A DNA stretch of 64,000 nt from assembly GCA_963727525.1 (NCBI GenBank), contig CAVSGO010000006.1, forward strand, positions 1 to 64,000. Direction: 5' to 3'. Shown piece after piece: positions 10,919-20,145 of the stretch. Position 1 is the first letter of the stretch, and each line of letters starts with the position of its first letter. Source of the DNA: an uncultured bacterium (GTDB taxonomy: Bacteria; Krumholzibacteriota; Krumholzibacteriia; LZORAL124-64-63). The notes below the pieces were generated by a model. The model searched no databases. It was given only the letters and a program-made list of their open reading frames with translations, and was not told the DNA's origin. The translations under genes and the position numbers were made by a program.

Positions 10919-13171
10919 CTACTCCACCATCACCTGCCCCCAGAACACCCAGGCCTTGTCGCCGGCCGCCGGGTGCCAGGCTGGGCATGTAGCGCGTGGG
11001 GTGATCGTGATCTCGAGGTAGCGAAGGCGAGGCGAGTTGCCTGGCTCGACGGTGAAGTCCTGGACGAGGCGGTCCTGCACGGCGTCGCTCGTGTGGGCGA
11101 TGTCGGTACCGAGGGGTGCGAAGACCTTGCCGTCGAGGGAGCCGCGCACCGTCACCTCCAGCGGGAGCCAGATGTAACGGTTGGCGTCCTGCAGGAAGCG
11201 CAGGCGCAAGGTGTTGACATGCACGGGCCTGCGCAGGTCGAGGCTGGCGGTGACATGGGAGACGCCCTCCCAGGCGAGCCAGGTGCCGTCATGATAATCG
11301 ACGCTGCCGACGATGCCGTCGGTGAGCGGGTAGTCGATCGCGGGCGGGTAACGCGGGTCGGGCGCTGGTTCGACGGCGACGGTGCAGCCAAGGGCGCCGT
11401 TGGCGACGAGCGTGCAGGTGGCCGGCGTGCCGTAGGGTGTGCCGTCGATGAGGAGCTGGGCGGAGATGGCGCCGCCTTCGGTCAGCACACCTCGACTCGC
11501 CGCTGCCGGCGACCATGCGATCGTCCTCTCGCCTGCCGGCACGATGCCTGTGGTCTCGGTCTTCACGCGCCATGCGTCGTGATCGCGGTGGATCGCCAGC
11601 TTGATGGGGCGGCCTTCCGGTCCGCTCGCGATGCCGTCCGCGTCGAGTCTCGCGAGTTGCACCTTCGCGCGCTGCCAGAACTCCGTGAAGTCGCGGCCGA
11701 TGATGGCGGGGTCGCCCTCCTGCGGACCGGCCTGCGCGGCGTGCTTCGGAGCCGGCGACCACAGGGCTTCGCTCAACGCGAGCAGGCGCGGCAGGAGGCG
11801 GATGAAGACGAGGTCGTCCGGCGCGTACTCGGTCCACAGATTCATCTCGCCGCCAAGGACGTGGCGGGTTTCGGCGGCGGTGAGGGCGGCGGGCACCGGT
11901 TCGAAGGCGTAGGCGCGGGCGAGATCGGTGACGCCGATGTCGTAGTCGAGGTAGCAATGGCTGGTGGGTGAAACCACCACGTCGTGGCCGGCGCGCGCCG
12001 TGGCCACGGCGCCGTCGAGGCCGCGCCAGGATTGCACGATGGCGCCGGGGGGCAGGTCGCCGCCGGCGAGGATCTCGTCCCAGCCCACGAGACGGCGTCC
12101 GCGCTCGGCGAGCCAGTGGCCGATGCGGCCCACGAACCAGCTCTGCAGAGCGTCCTCGTCGGCGAGGTGTTCCTGCGCGATGCGCGCCTGACACTTCGGA
12201 CATTCGCGCCAGCGGCGCTTGGGTACCTCGTCGCCGCCGATGTGGATCTCCTCGGACGGGAAGATCGCCAGCACCTCCTCGAGCACGCCGGTGAGGAAGG
12301 TGAAGACCTCGTCGTTGCCGACGCAGTAGACATCGTCGAACACCCCCCAGGTGCTGGGTACGGGCTGCGTGGCGCCGGTGCACGAGAGCTGGGGATAGGC
12401 GGCGAGGGCGGCGCGACAGTGGCCCGGCAACTCGATCTCGGGCACCACGGTGATGCCGCGGTCGCGCGCATAGGCCACGATCTCGCGCGCGTCGGTGGCG
12501 GTGTAGAAGCCGCCGTACGTGGAGCCGTCGAGTTCGGTGCGCCAGGCGCCAACGTCCGTCAATTTCGGGTAGCGATCGCTCGCCAGGCGCCATGCCTGAT
12601 CCTCGGTGAGATGCCAGTGGAAGCGATTGAGCTTGAAGTCGGCCATGACATCGAGCACGCGCTCGATGACGGGCACCGGCATGAAGTGGCGGCAACAGTC
12701 GAGCATCACGCCGCGCCACGGGAAGCGCGGCCCGTCCTCGATGGCGACCGCCGGGACCGTCTTGCTGTGGGGCTGCGTGAGCTGGGCGATGGTGGCCAGG
12801 GCGTGCACCATGCCCGTGGGGCCGCCGGCGCGCAGCACGATGCGGCGGATGGTGACCTCGACGGTGTAGTCTTCCACCGGCGCGCCCACGAGGCGGCCGA
12901 GGAAAATGGCGCCGTCGCGCGGCGCGGGTTCCTCGTGCACCGGCAGGTCCTCGCCGCGCAGCCGGTAGAGCTGGTCGATCGCATTGGGCAGGGCGCGTCG
13001 GATACCCGGCTCTCCGGCCTGCACGATGAGCGCGGTGGCGGCGCCGAGCGCGAACGCGCCATCGCCCTCTTTGACCTCGCGCGGCCGTGGAACGATGGCG
13101 ATGGGCTGGGCACTCATGGTGGCGGGCACGCTCCCCAGGCCGAGGATGAGGGCGAGGATGAATCGGCGCAC
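10919..13171 (-). CDS. Beta-N-acetylhexosaminidase (GH20) with C-terminal discoidin-like domain
   Basis: WRGVMLDCCRHF, FHWHLTEDQAWR, PEIELPGH, catalytic HIGGDE, GWDEI; GGAGG RBS before GTG 13171; signal peptide. Confidence 0.93.
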   Translation of the reverse strand: MRRFILALILGLGSVPATMSAQPIAIVPRPREVKEGDGAFALGAATALIVQAGEPGIRRALPNAIDQLYRLRGEDLPVHEEPAPRDGAIFLGRLVGAPVEDYTVEVTIRRIVLRAGGPTGMVHALATIAQLTQPHSKTVPAVAIEDGPRFPWRGVMLDCCRHFMPVPVIERVLDVMADFKLNRFHWHLTEDQAWRLASDRYPKLTDVGAWRTELDGSTYGGFYTATDAREIVAYARDRGITVVPEIELPGHCRAALAAYPQLSCTGATQPVPSTWGVFDDVYCVGNDEVFTFLTGVLEEVLAIFPSEEIHIGGDEVPKRRWRECPKCQARIAQEHLADEDALQSWFVGRIGHWLAERGRRLVGWDEILAGGDLPPGAIVQSWRGLDGAVATARAGHDVVVSPTSHCYLDYDIGVTDLARAYAFEPVPAALTAAETRHVLGGEMNLWTEYAPDDLVFIRLLPRLLALSEALWSPAPKHAAQAGPQEGDPAIIGRDFTEFWQRAKVQLARLDADGIASGPEGRPIKLAIHRDHDAWRVKTETTGIVPAGERTIAWSPAAASRGVLTEGGAISAQLLIDGTPYGTPATCTLVANGALGCTVAVEPAPDPRYPPAIDYPLTDGIVGSVDYHDGTWLAWEGVSHVTASLDLRRPVHVNTLRLRFLQDANRYIWLPLEVTVRGSLDGKVFAPLGTDIAHTSDAVQDRLVQDFTVEPGNSPRLRYLEITITPRATCPAWHPAAGDKAWVFWGQVMVE

Positions 13172-13848
13172 GAGGTCCTCCGGTGGATTCAGCGGACGGT
13201 AGCGGTCGGTGCGAGCGGGATCAAGCTCGGATCGCGGGGTGCCGCCCGAGTCTGTGGTGCCGGCACCAGCCGTGGAACCAGTTACCAATAAGTAGGTTGC
13301 GTGGTTTTCCACAGAACGGCACCCGCCGCCTGCGGACTGTCCGGAGGTGTCCGGTGTGTTCGCGATCCGGGTGTCCTCGGCCAACATGTTGCTGCACAGC
13401 ATGTTGGATCTGTCCGTCGAGGCGACAGGGGCCGGGCGCGGCGATAGGTGTCCGGATGGGCACCCGAGCGGACACCTGTCACGCTTCCGGTGCGTGTTTA
13501 TAACTCGTTATGAATGAATTTGTTAGCAGTTTTATTGCCGTGGTCCCAGCGATGGTCCCGCACTTGCAATAATAAGCGTGCGGACAACGAGAACGCTGAC
13601 TCGCTTCCGCTGCCAATAGTGGCAACCCCCGTGGCGTACGAAGACCCTGGCAATGCCTGCCGCGCACGGTTTCTCCGTGAACCAGCCTTCGCGGTAGGCA
13701 TTCCGGGGTCGACTCTTTCCTCCCGTGTCCCCATGGATTCCGCGACCTTGCCCGACGTCGAGGCTCGGTGAGCCTCTGGACCCTGGACGGAGCACTTGCG
13801 ACGGCGGCCGGGCAGCTCGGCCTCGCGGACCGCTGACCCACCTCCTAT

Positions 13849-14026
13849 CCCACCTTATTCACGCTATCGCTACTGCGGCGGCGTAACGGTCTCTGTGAGC
13901 GGGCTTTCTCGGGTTTGCTTCGGTCACCGTACCGCTGCGGGTACGGTTCCCTCACAAACCCTGCGAGATCCCGCTCACAGAGTCCGTTCCACTCGCCTCG
14001 CTACGCGATAGCGTGAATAGGGTGGG
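13849..14026. repeat. 178-bp long imperfect palindrome (MITE/REP-like element), copy 1
   Basis: 22-bp terminal inverted arms (CCCACCTTATTCACGCTATCGC / GCGATAGCGTGAATAGGGTGGG) with nested inner stems; collinear second copy at 43819-43996. Confidence 0.9.
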
Positions 14027-14027
14027 C

Positions 14028-15134
14028 TTATCCTTGCGCCCGCCGGAACGACAGCACCGCCGCCGTCATCGCCGTCACGCCCATGGCCAGGAGCACGAGA
14101 AGATCGCGCATGAGATCGGCCACGCCGGCGCCGCGCAGCAGCACGCCGCGGACGATGCTCATGAAGAAGCGCATGGGGTTGAGCCAGGTGAGCACGCGCG
14201 CCCACGTGGGCATGTTTTCTACCGGGAAGAAGAACCCGCTGAGCAGGATCATGAACACGAGGAAGAACCACACGGTGAACATGGCCTGCTGCTGCGTGTC
14301 CGACACCGACGACGCGAGCAGGCCCAGCCCCAGTGTCACCAGCAGGTAGCATAGCACGCCCAGCAGCAGCACCCATGGCGAGCCGGTCATCGGCACATGG
14401 AACCAGGCCATCGCGAAGGTGGTGGCCAGTGCGAGGTCGACCAGTGCGATGATGGCGAAGGGCAATGTCTTGCCGACGATGAACTGCAGCGACGTGAGTG
14501 GCGTGACCATCACCTGCTCGAGGGTGCCGATCTCCTTCTCGCGCACCACGGCCATGCCGGTGACGAGAGCGGAGATGATGGTCACGAGCATGACGATGAT
14601 GCCAGGGACCATGTAGAGGCGGCTCTCGAGTTCGGGGTTGTAGAAGAAGCGAACGGCCTCTCCGACGGGCGGCTTGACCGCGCCGTCCGCGACCAGGGCG
14701 CGGCGGGCCTCGCGAGCGATCACGGCCTGGGCATAGCCGGCGCCGCGGCCGGCGATGCTGCTGTTGGTGCCGTCCACCACCACGGCCACCGTGGGCGAGC
14801 GGCCCGCCACGACGTCGCGCGCGAAGTGAGGGGGGATGTGGATGGCGAGGTCGCAGTCGCCGTGCTGCAGCAGGCGGTCGAGGTCGGCCGGACTCTGTGC
14901 ACGCGGCCCGATCGTGAACGTCTCCGAGTGCGGGAACGCCTCCACGATGTTGCGGCTCAGCGGTGTATGATCCTCGTCGAGCACGCCGACGCGGAGATTG
15001 CGCAGGTCGTTGTTCAATGCGTACGACAGGATCACGAGCTGCACGATAGGTAGCACCAGCACCAGCCGCAGGAGCGCGGGGTCGCGCCGGAGCTGGATGA
15101 ATTCCTTGCGGACGAGGCATCGCAACGCGCGCAC
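14028..15134 (-). CDS. ABC-2 type transporter permease (YbhR-like)
   Basis: KEFIQLRRD, FYNPEL, REKEIGTLEQVMVTP, LSGFFFPVENMP. Confidence 0.92.
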   Translation of the reverse strand: MRALRCLVRKEFIQLRRDPALLRLVLVLPIVQLVILSYALNNDLRNLRVGVLDEDHTPLSRNIVEAFPHSETFTIGPRAQSPADLDRLLQHGDCDLAIHIPPHFARDVVAGRSPTVAVVVDGTNSSIAGRGAGYAQAVIAREARRALVADGAVKPPVGEAVRFFYNPELESRLYMVPGIIVMLVTIISALVTGMAVVREKEIGTLEQVMVTPLTSLQFIVGKTLPFAIIALVDLALATTFAMAWFHVPMTGSPWVLLLGVLCYLLVTLGLGLLASSVSDTQQQAMFTVWFFLVFMILLSGFFFPVENMPTWARVLTWLNPMRFFMSIVRGVLLRGAGVADLMRDLLVLLAMGVTAMTAAVLSFRRAQG

Positions 15135-15139
15135 GGGTC

Positions 15140-16243
15140 TTACTCCAGTCTGAGCTTGAAGCGACGGATGGCGAGCGTGAGCAGGAGGATCGCCTGCGCG
15201 CCGAGAATCGCCGTCCGCAGCGGATACCAGTTCTCGCCCTTGAGCATGATACCGCGCAAGATCGCCAGGAAGTGCGTGGGCGGCAGGATACGACAGATCA
15301 CCTGCAGCGGCGCCGGCATGCTTGCGATGGGGAACATGAAGCCCGAGAGGATCATCGTGGGTAGCATGGTGACCATGATGGCGGCCATCATCGCCACGCG
15401 CAGGCTGCCCGCCACGGCCGAGATCAGCAGGCCCGCCGCCAGCGCGATGACGATGAACAGCAGGCAGTACGCGGCAAGGGCCAGCCACGATCCCTGCATG
15501 GGCACGCCGAACACGAGCCGGCCGATGGCCAGGATCATGGTCGCGTCGATCGCGGCGAGCACGATGTAGGGCAGCACCTTGCCGGCGATCACCTGGGCGG
15601 GGCGGACGGGCGTGGTGAGGATCTGCTCGAGCGTGCCCGTCTCCTTCTCGCGCGTGATCGTAATGCTGGTGAGGATGGCGCCGATCATCATGAGCACGAG
15701 CGCCACCAGCCCGGGCACCACGAAGTCGGCGCTCACCAGTTCGGGGTTGAACCACACGCGCGTGCGCGCGGTGAAGGGTAGCGCGCCTTCCGTGGCGCCC
15801 TGGCGCACGCGCTGCGCCTGCTGCTGCACCACCGCCTGCAGGTAGTTGCTCGCAATGGCGGCGGTGGCGGCGTCGGAACCGTCGACCAGCACCTGCACGT
15901 CGACGGGCTGGCCGCGCGTGATGCGCTCGGCGTAGTGCTGCGGGATGATGAGTGCGGCGAGGAACTGTCCGTGGCGGAATCCCGGTTCGATCTCGGCGCG
16001 ACTCGTGAGCCGCTCGGCGTCGACGATGAAGTCGCTTGCCGTCATGGCCCGGATGAACGCGCGGCTCTGGTCGCTATGGTCGAGATCCATGACGGCGACC
16101 TTGAGGTCGTGCAGCTCCATGTCGATGACCGCGCCGTAGAGCAGCACCATGATCACGGGCATGAGCACGGCCACGCCCAGGCTGCGCCGGTCGCGCAGGA
16201 TATGGATGACCTCCTTGGCCGCGATGGCGAGCACGCGCTTCAT
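15140..16243 (-). CDS. ABC-2 type transporter permease (YbhS-like)
   Basis: KEVIHILRD, WFNPEL, REKETGTLEQILTTP, LSGFMFPIASMP. Confidence 0.92.
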   Translation of the reverse strand: MKRVLAIAAKEVIHILRDRRSLGVAVLMPVIMVLLYGAVIDMELHDLKVAVMDLDHSDQSRAFIRAMTASDFIVDAERLTSRAEIEPGFRHGQFLAALIIPQHYAERITRGQPVDVQVLVDGSDAATAAIASNYLQAVVQQQAQRVRQGATEGALPFTARTRVWFNPELVSADFVVPGLVALVLMMIGAILTSITITREKETGTLEQILTTPVRPAQVIAGKVLPYIVLAAIDATMILAIGRLVFGVPMQGSWLALAAYCLLFIVIALAAGLLISAVAGSLRVAMMAAIMVTMLPTMILSGFMFPIASMPAPLQVICRILPPTHFLAILRGIMLKGENWYPLRTAILGAQAILLLTLAIRRFKLRLE

Positions 16244-16968
16244 GCTTCCACCAGCCTGAGGAAGACGTCCTGCATGTTCGCGCCGCCGGTGCTCTTCTTC
16301 AGCCCCGCCGGCGTGTCGAGTGCGATGATCTTGCCGGACACCATCACCGACACGCGGCCGCAGTACTCGGCCTCGTCCATGTAATGCGTGGTGACGAACA
16401 CGGTGACGCCGGCGGCGGCCTGTTCGTAGATGAGATCCCAGAAGCGCCGGCGGGCCACCGGGTCGACGCCGCCGGTGGGCTCGTCGAGGAAGACGATGCG
16501 CGGCTCGTGCAGCAGCGCGCAGCCCAGGGCGAGGCGCTGCTTGTAGCCCAGGGGCAGCGACGCGGTGAGGCGGCGTTCCTCGCCGGCGAGGTCGAGCTGG
16601 GGCAGCAGCGTGGCGGCGCGCTCGGCGATGCGGGCGCGATGCAGGCCGTAGATGCCGCCGAAGAAGTCGAGATTCTCGCCCACGGTGAGGTCGTCATAGA
16701 GGCTGAACTTCTGGCTCATGTAGCCGATGCGGCGTTTCAGGGCGCGGGCGTGGCGGCCCACCTGCACGCCCGCGACACGGGCCTCGCCACTGGTGGGCGG
16801 CAGGAGGCCGCAGAGCATCCGGATGGCGGTCGTCTTGCCGGCACCGTTGGCGCCGAGGAAGCCGAAGATCTCGCCCGGGGCGACGTCGAGGTCGATGCCG
16901 TCCACGGCCGTGAAGGTGCCGAACCTGCGTGTGAGTCCGCGGGCGCGGACGGCGAGGTCGTCGCTCAT
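16240..16968 (-). CDS. ABC transporter ATP-binding protein
   Basis: Walker A GANGAGKT, LPLGYKQRL signature, VFLDEPTGG, TTHY. Confidence 0.95.
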   Translation of the reverse strand: MSDDLAVRARGLTRRFGTFTAVDGIDLDVAPGEIFGFLGANGAGKTTAIRMLCGLLPPTSGEARVAGVQVGRHARALKRRIGYMSQKFSLYDDLTVGENLDFFGGIYGLHRARIAERAATLLPQLDLAGEERRLTASLPLGYKQRLALGCALLHEPRIVFLDEPTGGVDPVARRRFWDLIYEQAAAGVTVFVTTHYMDEAEYCGRVSVMVSGKIIALDTPAGLKKSTGGANMQDVFLRLVEA

Positions 16969-17897
16969 GGCGCGACCTCCGTCTCGGCGCGCCCCATGAG
17001 GGCCACGAACACGTCCTCGATGCCGGCTTCGATGGGGCGCACGGTAGTGTCGCGATCGGCGAGCACGGCGCGGATCGCGGCGACCTGCGCGTCAGTGTCG
17101 TGCACCACGTGCAAGCGATCGCCGAAGCGCTGCACGCTTACACCCGGGATTGTGGCGTCGCTGATCTGGCCGGCGACGGCGTGCAGGTCGCTTCCCGTGA
17201 TCTCGAGCAGGCGGCGTGGAAACGCCGCGGCCACCTCGCCGGGCGTGCCTTGCGCGATGGCCTGACCCGTGTGCATCAGCACCACGTGATGGCAAAGGTC
17301 GGCCTCGTCCATGTAGGGCGTGCTCACGAGCAGCGCGAGGCCCTGGTCGGCGAGCTGGCGCAGGATGCGCCAGAACTCGCGGCGGCTCACCGGGTCGACG
17401 CCGGTGGTGGGCTCGTCGAGGATGAGCACCTGCGGAGTGTGGATGAGGGTGCAGCTCAGGGCCAGCTTCTGCTTCATGCCGCCGGAGAGACGACCGGCGC
17501 GGCGGTCGCGGAATGGCCCCAGGCGACTGAATTCCATCAGCTCGGCGTCGCGCGTCTTGCGCTCGTCGGCAGGCACGGCGAAGAGGTCGGCGAAGAAGTG
17601 CAGGTTCTCGCCCACGGTGAGGTCGGGATACAGGCTGAAGCGCTGCGGCATGTAGCCCAGGTGCTCCTTGATCCAGCGCGCCTGGGTCACGCAGTCGTGG
17701 TCGAGTACGCGCGCAGTGCCGTCGTCGGGACGCAGGAGGCCGCAGAGGATGCGCATGGTGGTGGTCTTGCCCGCGCCGTCGGGGCCGATGAGCCCGCAGA
17801 TCGTGCCGCGCGCGACCCCGAGCGACAGCCCGCGCACCGCCGGGGTGGCGCCGTAGCTCTTGTGCAGGTCGTTCAGGGCGATGACGGCGTCGTTCAC
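16965..17897 (-). CDS. ABC transporter ATP-binding protein
   Basis: GPDGAGKT, LSGGMKQKL, ILDEPTTG. Confidence 0.95.
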   Translation of the reverse strand: MNDAVIALNDLHKSYGATPAVRGLSLGVARGTICGLIGPDGAGKTTTMRILCGLLRPDDGTARVLDHDCVTQARWIKEHLGYMPQRFSLYPDLTVGENLHFFADLFAVPADERKTRDAELMEFSRLGPFRDRRAGRLSGGMKQKLALSCTLIHTPQVLILDEPTTGVDPVSRREFWRILRQLADQGLALLVSTPYMDEADLCHHVVLMHTGQAIAQGTPGEVAAAFPRRLLEITGSDLHAVAGQISDATIPGVSVQRFGDRLHVVHDTDAQVAAIRAVLADRDTTVRPIEAGIEDVFVALMGRAETEVAP

Positions 17898-18775
17898 GGC
17901 AGGACCACCTCGGCCGGCATCCCCACGTGCAGGCGGCCGTCGCCGTTGTCCACGCGCAGCTTCACGGCGTAGACGAGCTGCGCGCGCGCGTGGCGCGTCT
18001 GTGCGTTCTTGGGCGTGAACTCCGCCTCATCGCTGATCCACGACACCCGGCCCTGGAGCTGCTGGCCCGGCAACGCATCCACCTTCACGGGCAGCGTCTG
18101 GTCGAGCTTCACGCGATCGAGATCGCCGGCTTCCAGGTAGACGCGCAGTTCCAGCGTCGACAGGTCGGCCAGGCGGAGCGCCGTGCGGCCGGCGCCGGCC
18201 ACCTCGCCCGGCTCGAGGGCGCGCGTGAGCACGGTGCCGTCACTGGGTGCGAGCACCACGCCGTCGCGGAGCTGGCGGTCGTAGACGGCGAGGGCGGCGT
18301 CGAGGTGGGCGACGTCGGCGTCGATGGCGGCCAGTCGGCCCTGCGCGGCGTCGATGCTCGCCTCGGCGACATCGCGCTGCGCGGTGAGGTCGTCCACCTG
18401 CTGCTGCGTGGCGGTGCCCTGCTTCTGGAGCGTCGTGGTGCGGGCGAGCGTGGTCTTCGCCAGGTCGAGCTGGCGCCTGGCCTTGGCGAGGTCGGCGGTG
18501 GCCACGCGTCGCTGGGCGCGCAGGCTGGCCTGGTTGGCGGCGGTCTCCGCGCGCTTGAGGGCCACCATCTCCATATCGAGCACGATGAGCGTGTCGCCAC
18601 GCGCCACGCTCTCGCCCTCGTCGCGGGTGACGCGCAGGGCGCGCCCGCTCACGGTGGGCGCCACGTCGACGACGGTGGTCTCGAAGGTGCCCGAGGGGCT
18701 GGGCAACTCACCGCGGGAGCAACCGGCCATGGCGGCCAGGAGCGCGAGTGCGGCGGTGATGAGTGAACTACGCAT
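17894..18775 (-). CDS. HlyD/YbhG-like periplasmic adaptor lipoprotein
   Basis: Lipobox MAGC, lipoyl-like halves around a coiled coil, AEFTPKNAQT...VYAVK; GAGGAG RBS. Confidence 0.9.
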   Translation of the reverse strand: MRSSLITAALALLAAMAGCSRGELPSPSGTFETTVVDVAPTVSGRALRVTRDEGESVARGDTLIVLDMEMVALKRAETAANQASLRAQRRVATADLAKARRQLDLAKTTLARTTTLQKQGTATQQQVDDLTAQRDVAEASIDAAQGRLAAIDADVAHLDAALAVYDRQLRDGVVLAPSDGTVLTRALEPGEVAGAGRTALRLADLSTLELRVYLEAGDLDRVKLDQTLPVKVDALPGQQLQGRVSWISDEAEFTPKNAQTRHARAQLVYAVKLRVDNGDGRLHVGMPAEVVLP

Positions 18776-18813
18776 GACGGATCTCCTCATCATTCGTCGA
18801 GTCATTCGCCGAG

Positions 18814-20145
18814 TCAATCGCCGAGGGTCCACAGCAGCGCGGACTCCGCGAGTCGCAGGCGCGTGCGGGCCAGGGCGAGGTCGATGTCGGCTTGGGTGAG
18901 ATCGTCCTGGGCGTCCAGGTACTCGGTCTCGGTGGCGCTGGCCTGCGCGTAGCGCTGGCCCACGAGGTCGGCGATGCGGTGTTGCAGGTCGGCGCGAGCC
19001 GCGGCCTGCTCGAGCTGGGCGCCGGCGGCCGCGAGCTGCGACTGCACGGTGGCGTGAGCTGCGGTGATCGCATCGAGAACGTCGGCGCGTCGCGCGGCGA
19101 TCCCGCGGGCCCGGGCCGCGGCCTGTTGCGCCCGGTCGCTGCGCGCGCCGGAATCCCAGAGCGGCCAGTCGAGGCTCACGCCCACGGTGGCGTAGCTCAT
19201 CCAGTCGTTCGTGAGCGCGTCGACGCCCGGCCGGCCGTAGTGGCCGCGGACATCGGCGGCCACGCGCGGCCAGAGACGGCCGCGGGCTGCGCGCGCCAGG
19301 TTCACCTGCCGCGACTCCTCGTGTGCGAGGGCGGCCAGGTCGGGGCGCTGGGCGACGCGGGCTGGATCGCGATCCTGATCGGCGAGGAGCGACTGTGCGA
19401 GCGACCCCGCCGGCCGAATGCTCGTGGTCGGCTGACCGAGCAGTCGGCCGAGGGCGATGCCCGCCGAGTCGCTCGCGGCGGCGGCTTGCAGGCGGCGCTG
19501 CTCGGCCTGGCTGAGGCGTGCAAGGGCGCGCAGCCGCGTTTCCTCGGTGGCGGCGCCGGCCTGCTGCGCGCCGGTGATGTCGTCGACGTGGCGCTGCAGG
19601 CGTGTCACGGCGAGGCTTGCGGCCGCAAGCTGCGACCGGCGTCCGAGCGCCGTGTAGAACGCCTGCCGCACGTCGCGGGTGAGATCCAGGCGGGTGGTCG
19701 CGCCCTGCAGCACCGCGGCGCTGTCGCCGGCTGCGGCGGCCTGCGCCGCGTGGCTCAGCTCGCCGCCGGTGAACAGCGGCACCGACAGGCCGAGGTTGAC
19801 GTCGGCCACGTGCCCGTCACCGAACTGCAGCGTGCGCGACGGCAGCCCTGGGCCGAGGGCGAGCGTCTGTTTCATGTATGTGCTCGTGTACTGGTAATTC
19901 GCACCGAGTCCCAGTGTGGGCAGGCGCCGGGCGCGCGCTTCGGAGAGTGCGGCATCGGCCTCGGCGACGGCCGCCCGCGCGGCGGCGAGGCTGGGCGCCT
20001 GGGCGATGGCCTGCACGAGGCAGGCCTCGAGGGTGAGTGACGTCGTGTCGGCGCGGGCCGGTGTTGCCGACGGCGTGGCTGGCTGAGCCACCGCCGGGGC
20101 CGCCAGCACCGCGAGTCCGAGCACGACGAGCAGCCATCTAGGCAT
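18814..20145 (-). CDS. TolC-family outer membrane efflux protein
   Basis: Signal peptide, LSVPLFTGG and LDWPLWDSG motifs, helical repeats, operon context. Confidence 0.9.
   Translation of the reverse strand: MPRWLLVVLGLAVLAAPAVAQPATPSATPARADTTSLTLEACLVQAIAQAPSLAAARAAVAEADAALSEARARRLPTLGLGANYQYTSTYMKQTLALGPGLPSRTLQFGDGHVADVNLGLSVPLFTGGELSHAAQAAAAGDSAAVLQGATTRLDLTRDVRQAFYTALGRRSQLAAASLAVTRLQRHVDDITGAQQAGAATEETRLRALARLSQAEQRRLQAAAASDSAGIALGRLLGQPTTSIRPAGSLAQSLLADQDRDPARVAQRPDLAALAHEESRQVNLARAARGRLWPRVAADVRGHYGRPGVDALTNDWMSYATVGVSLDWPLWDSGARSDRAQQAAARARGIAARRADVLDAITAAHATVQSQLAAAGAQLEQAAARADLQHRIADLVGQRYAQASATETEYLDAQDDLTQADIDLALARTRLRLAESALLWTLGD

Noticed and set aside
13300-13540. Possible replication origin (DnaA box plus AT-rich patch)
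   Set aside because: Only one convincing DnaA box, and no dnaA or other oriC-type gene context
13849-14026. Integron attC site interpretation of the long hairpin
   Set aside because: No RYYYAAC...GTTRRRY ends, no cassette array and no integrase
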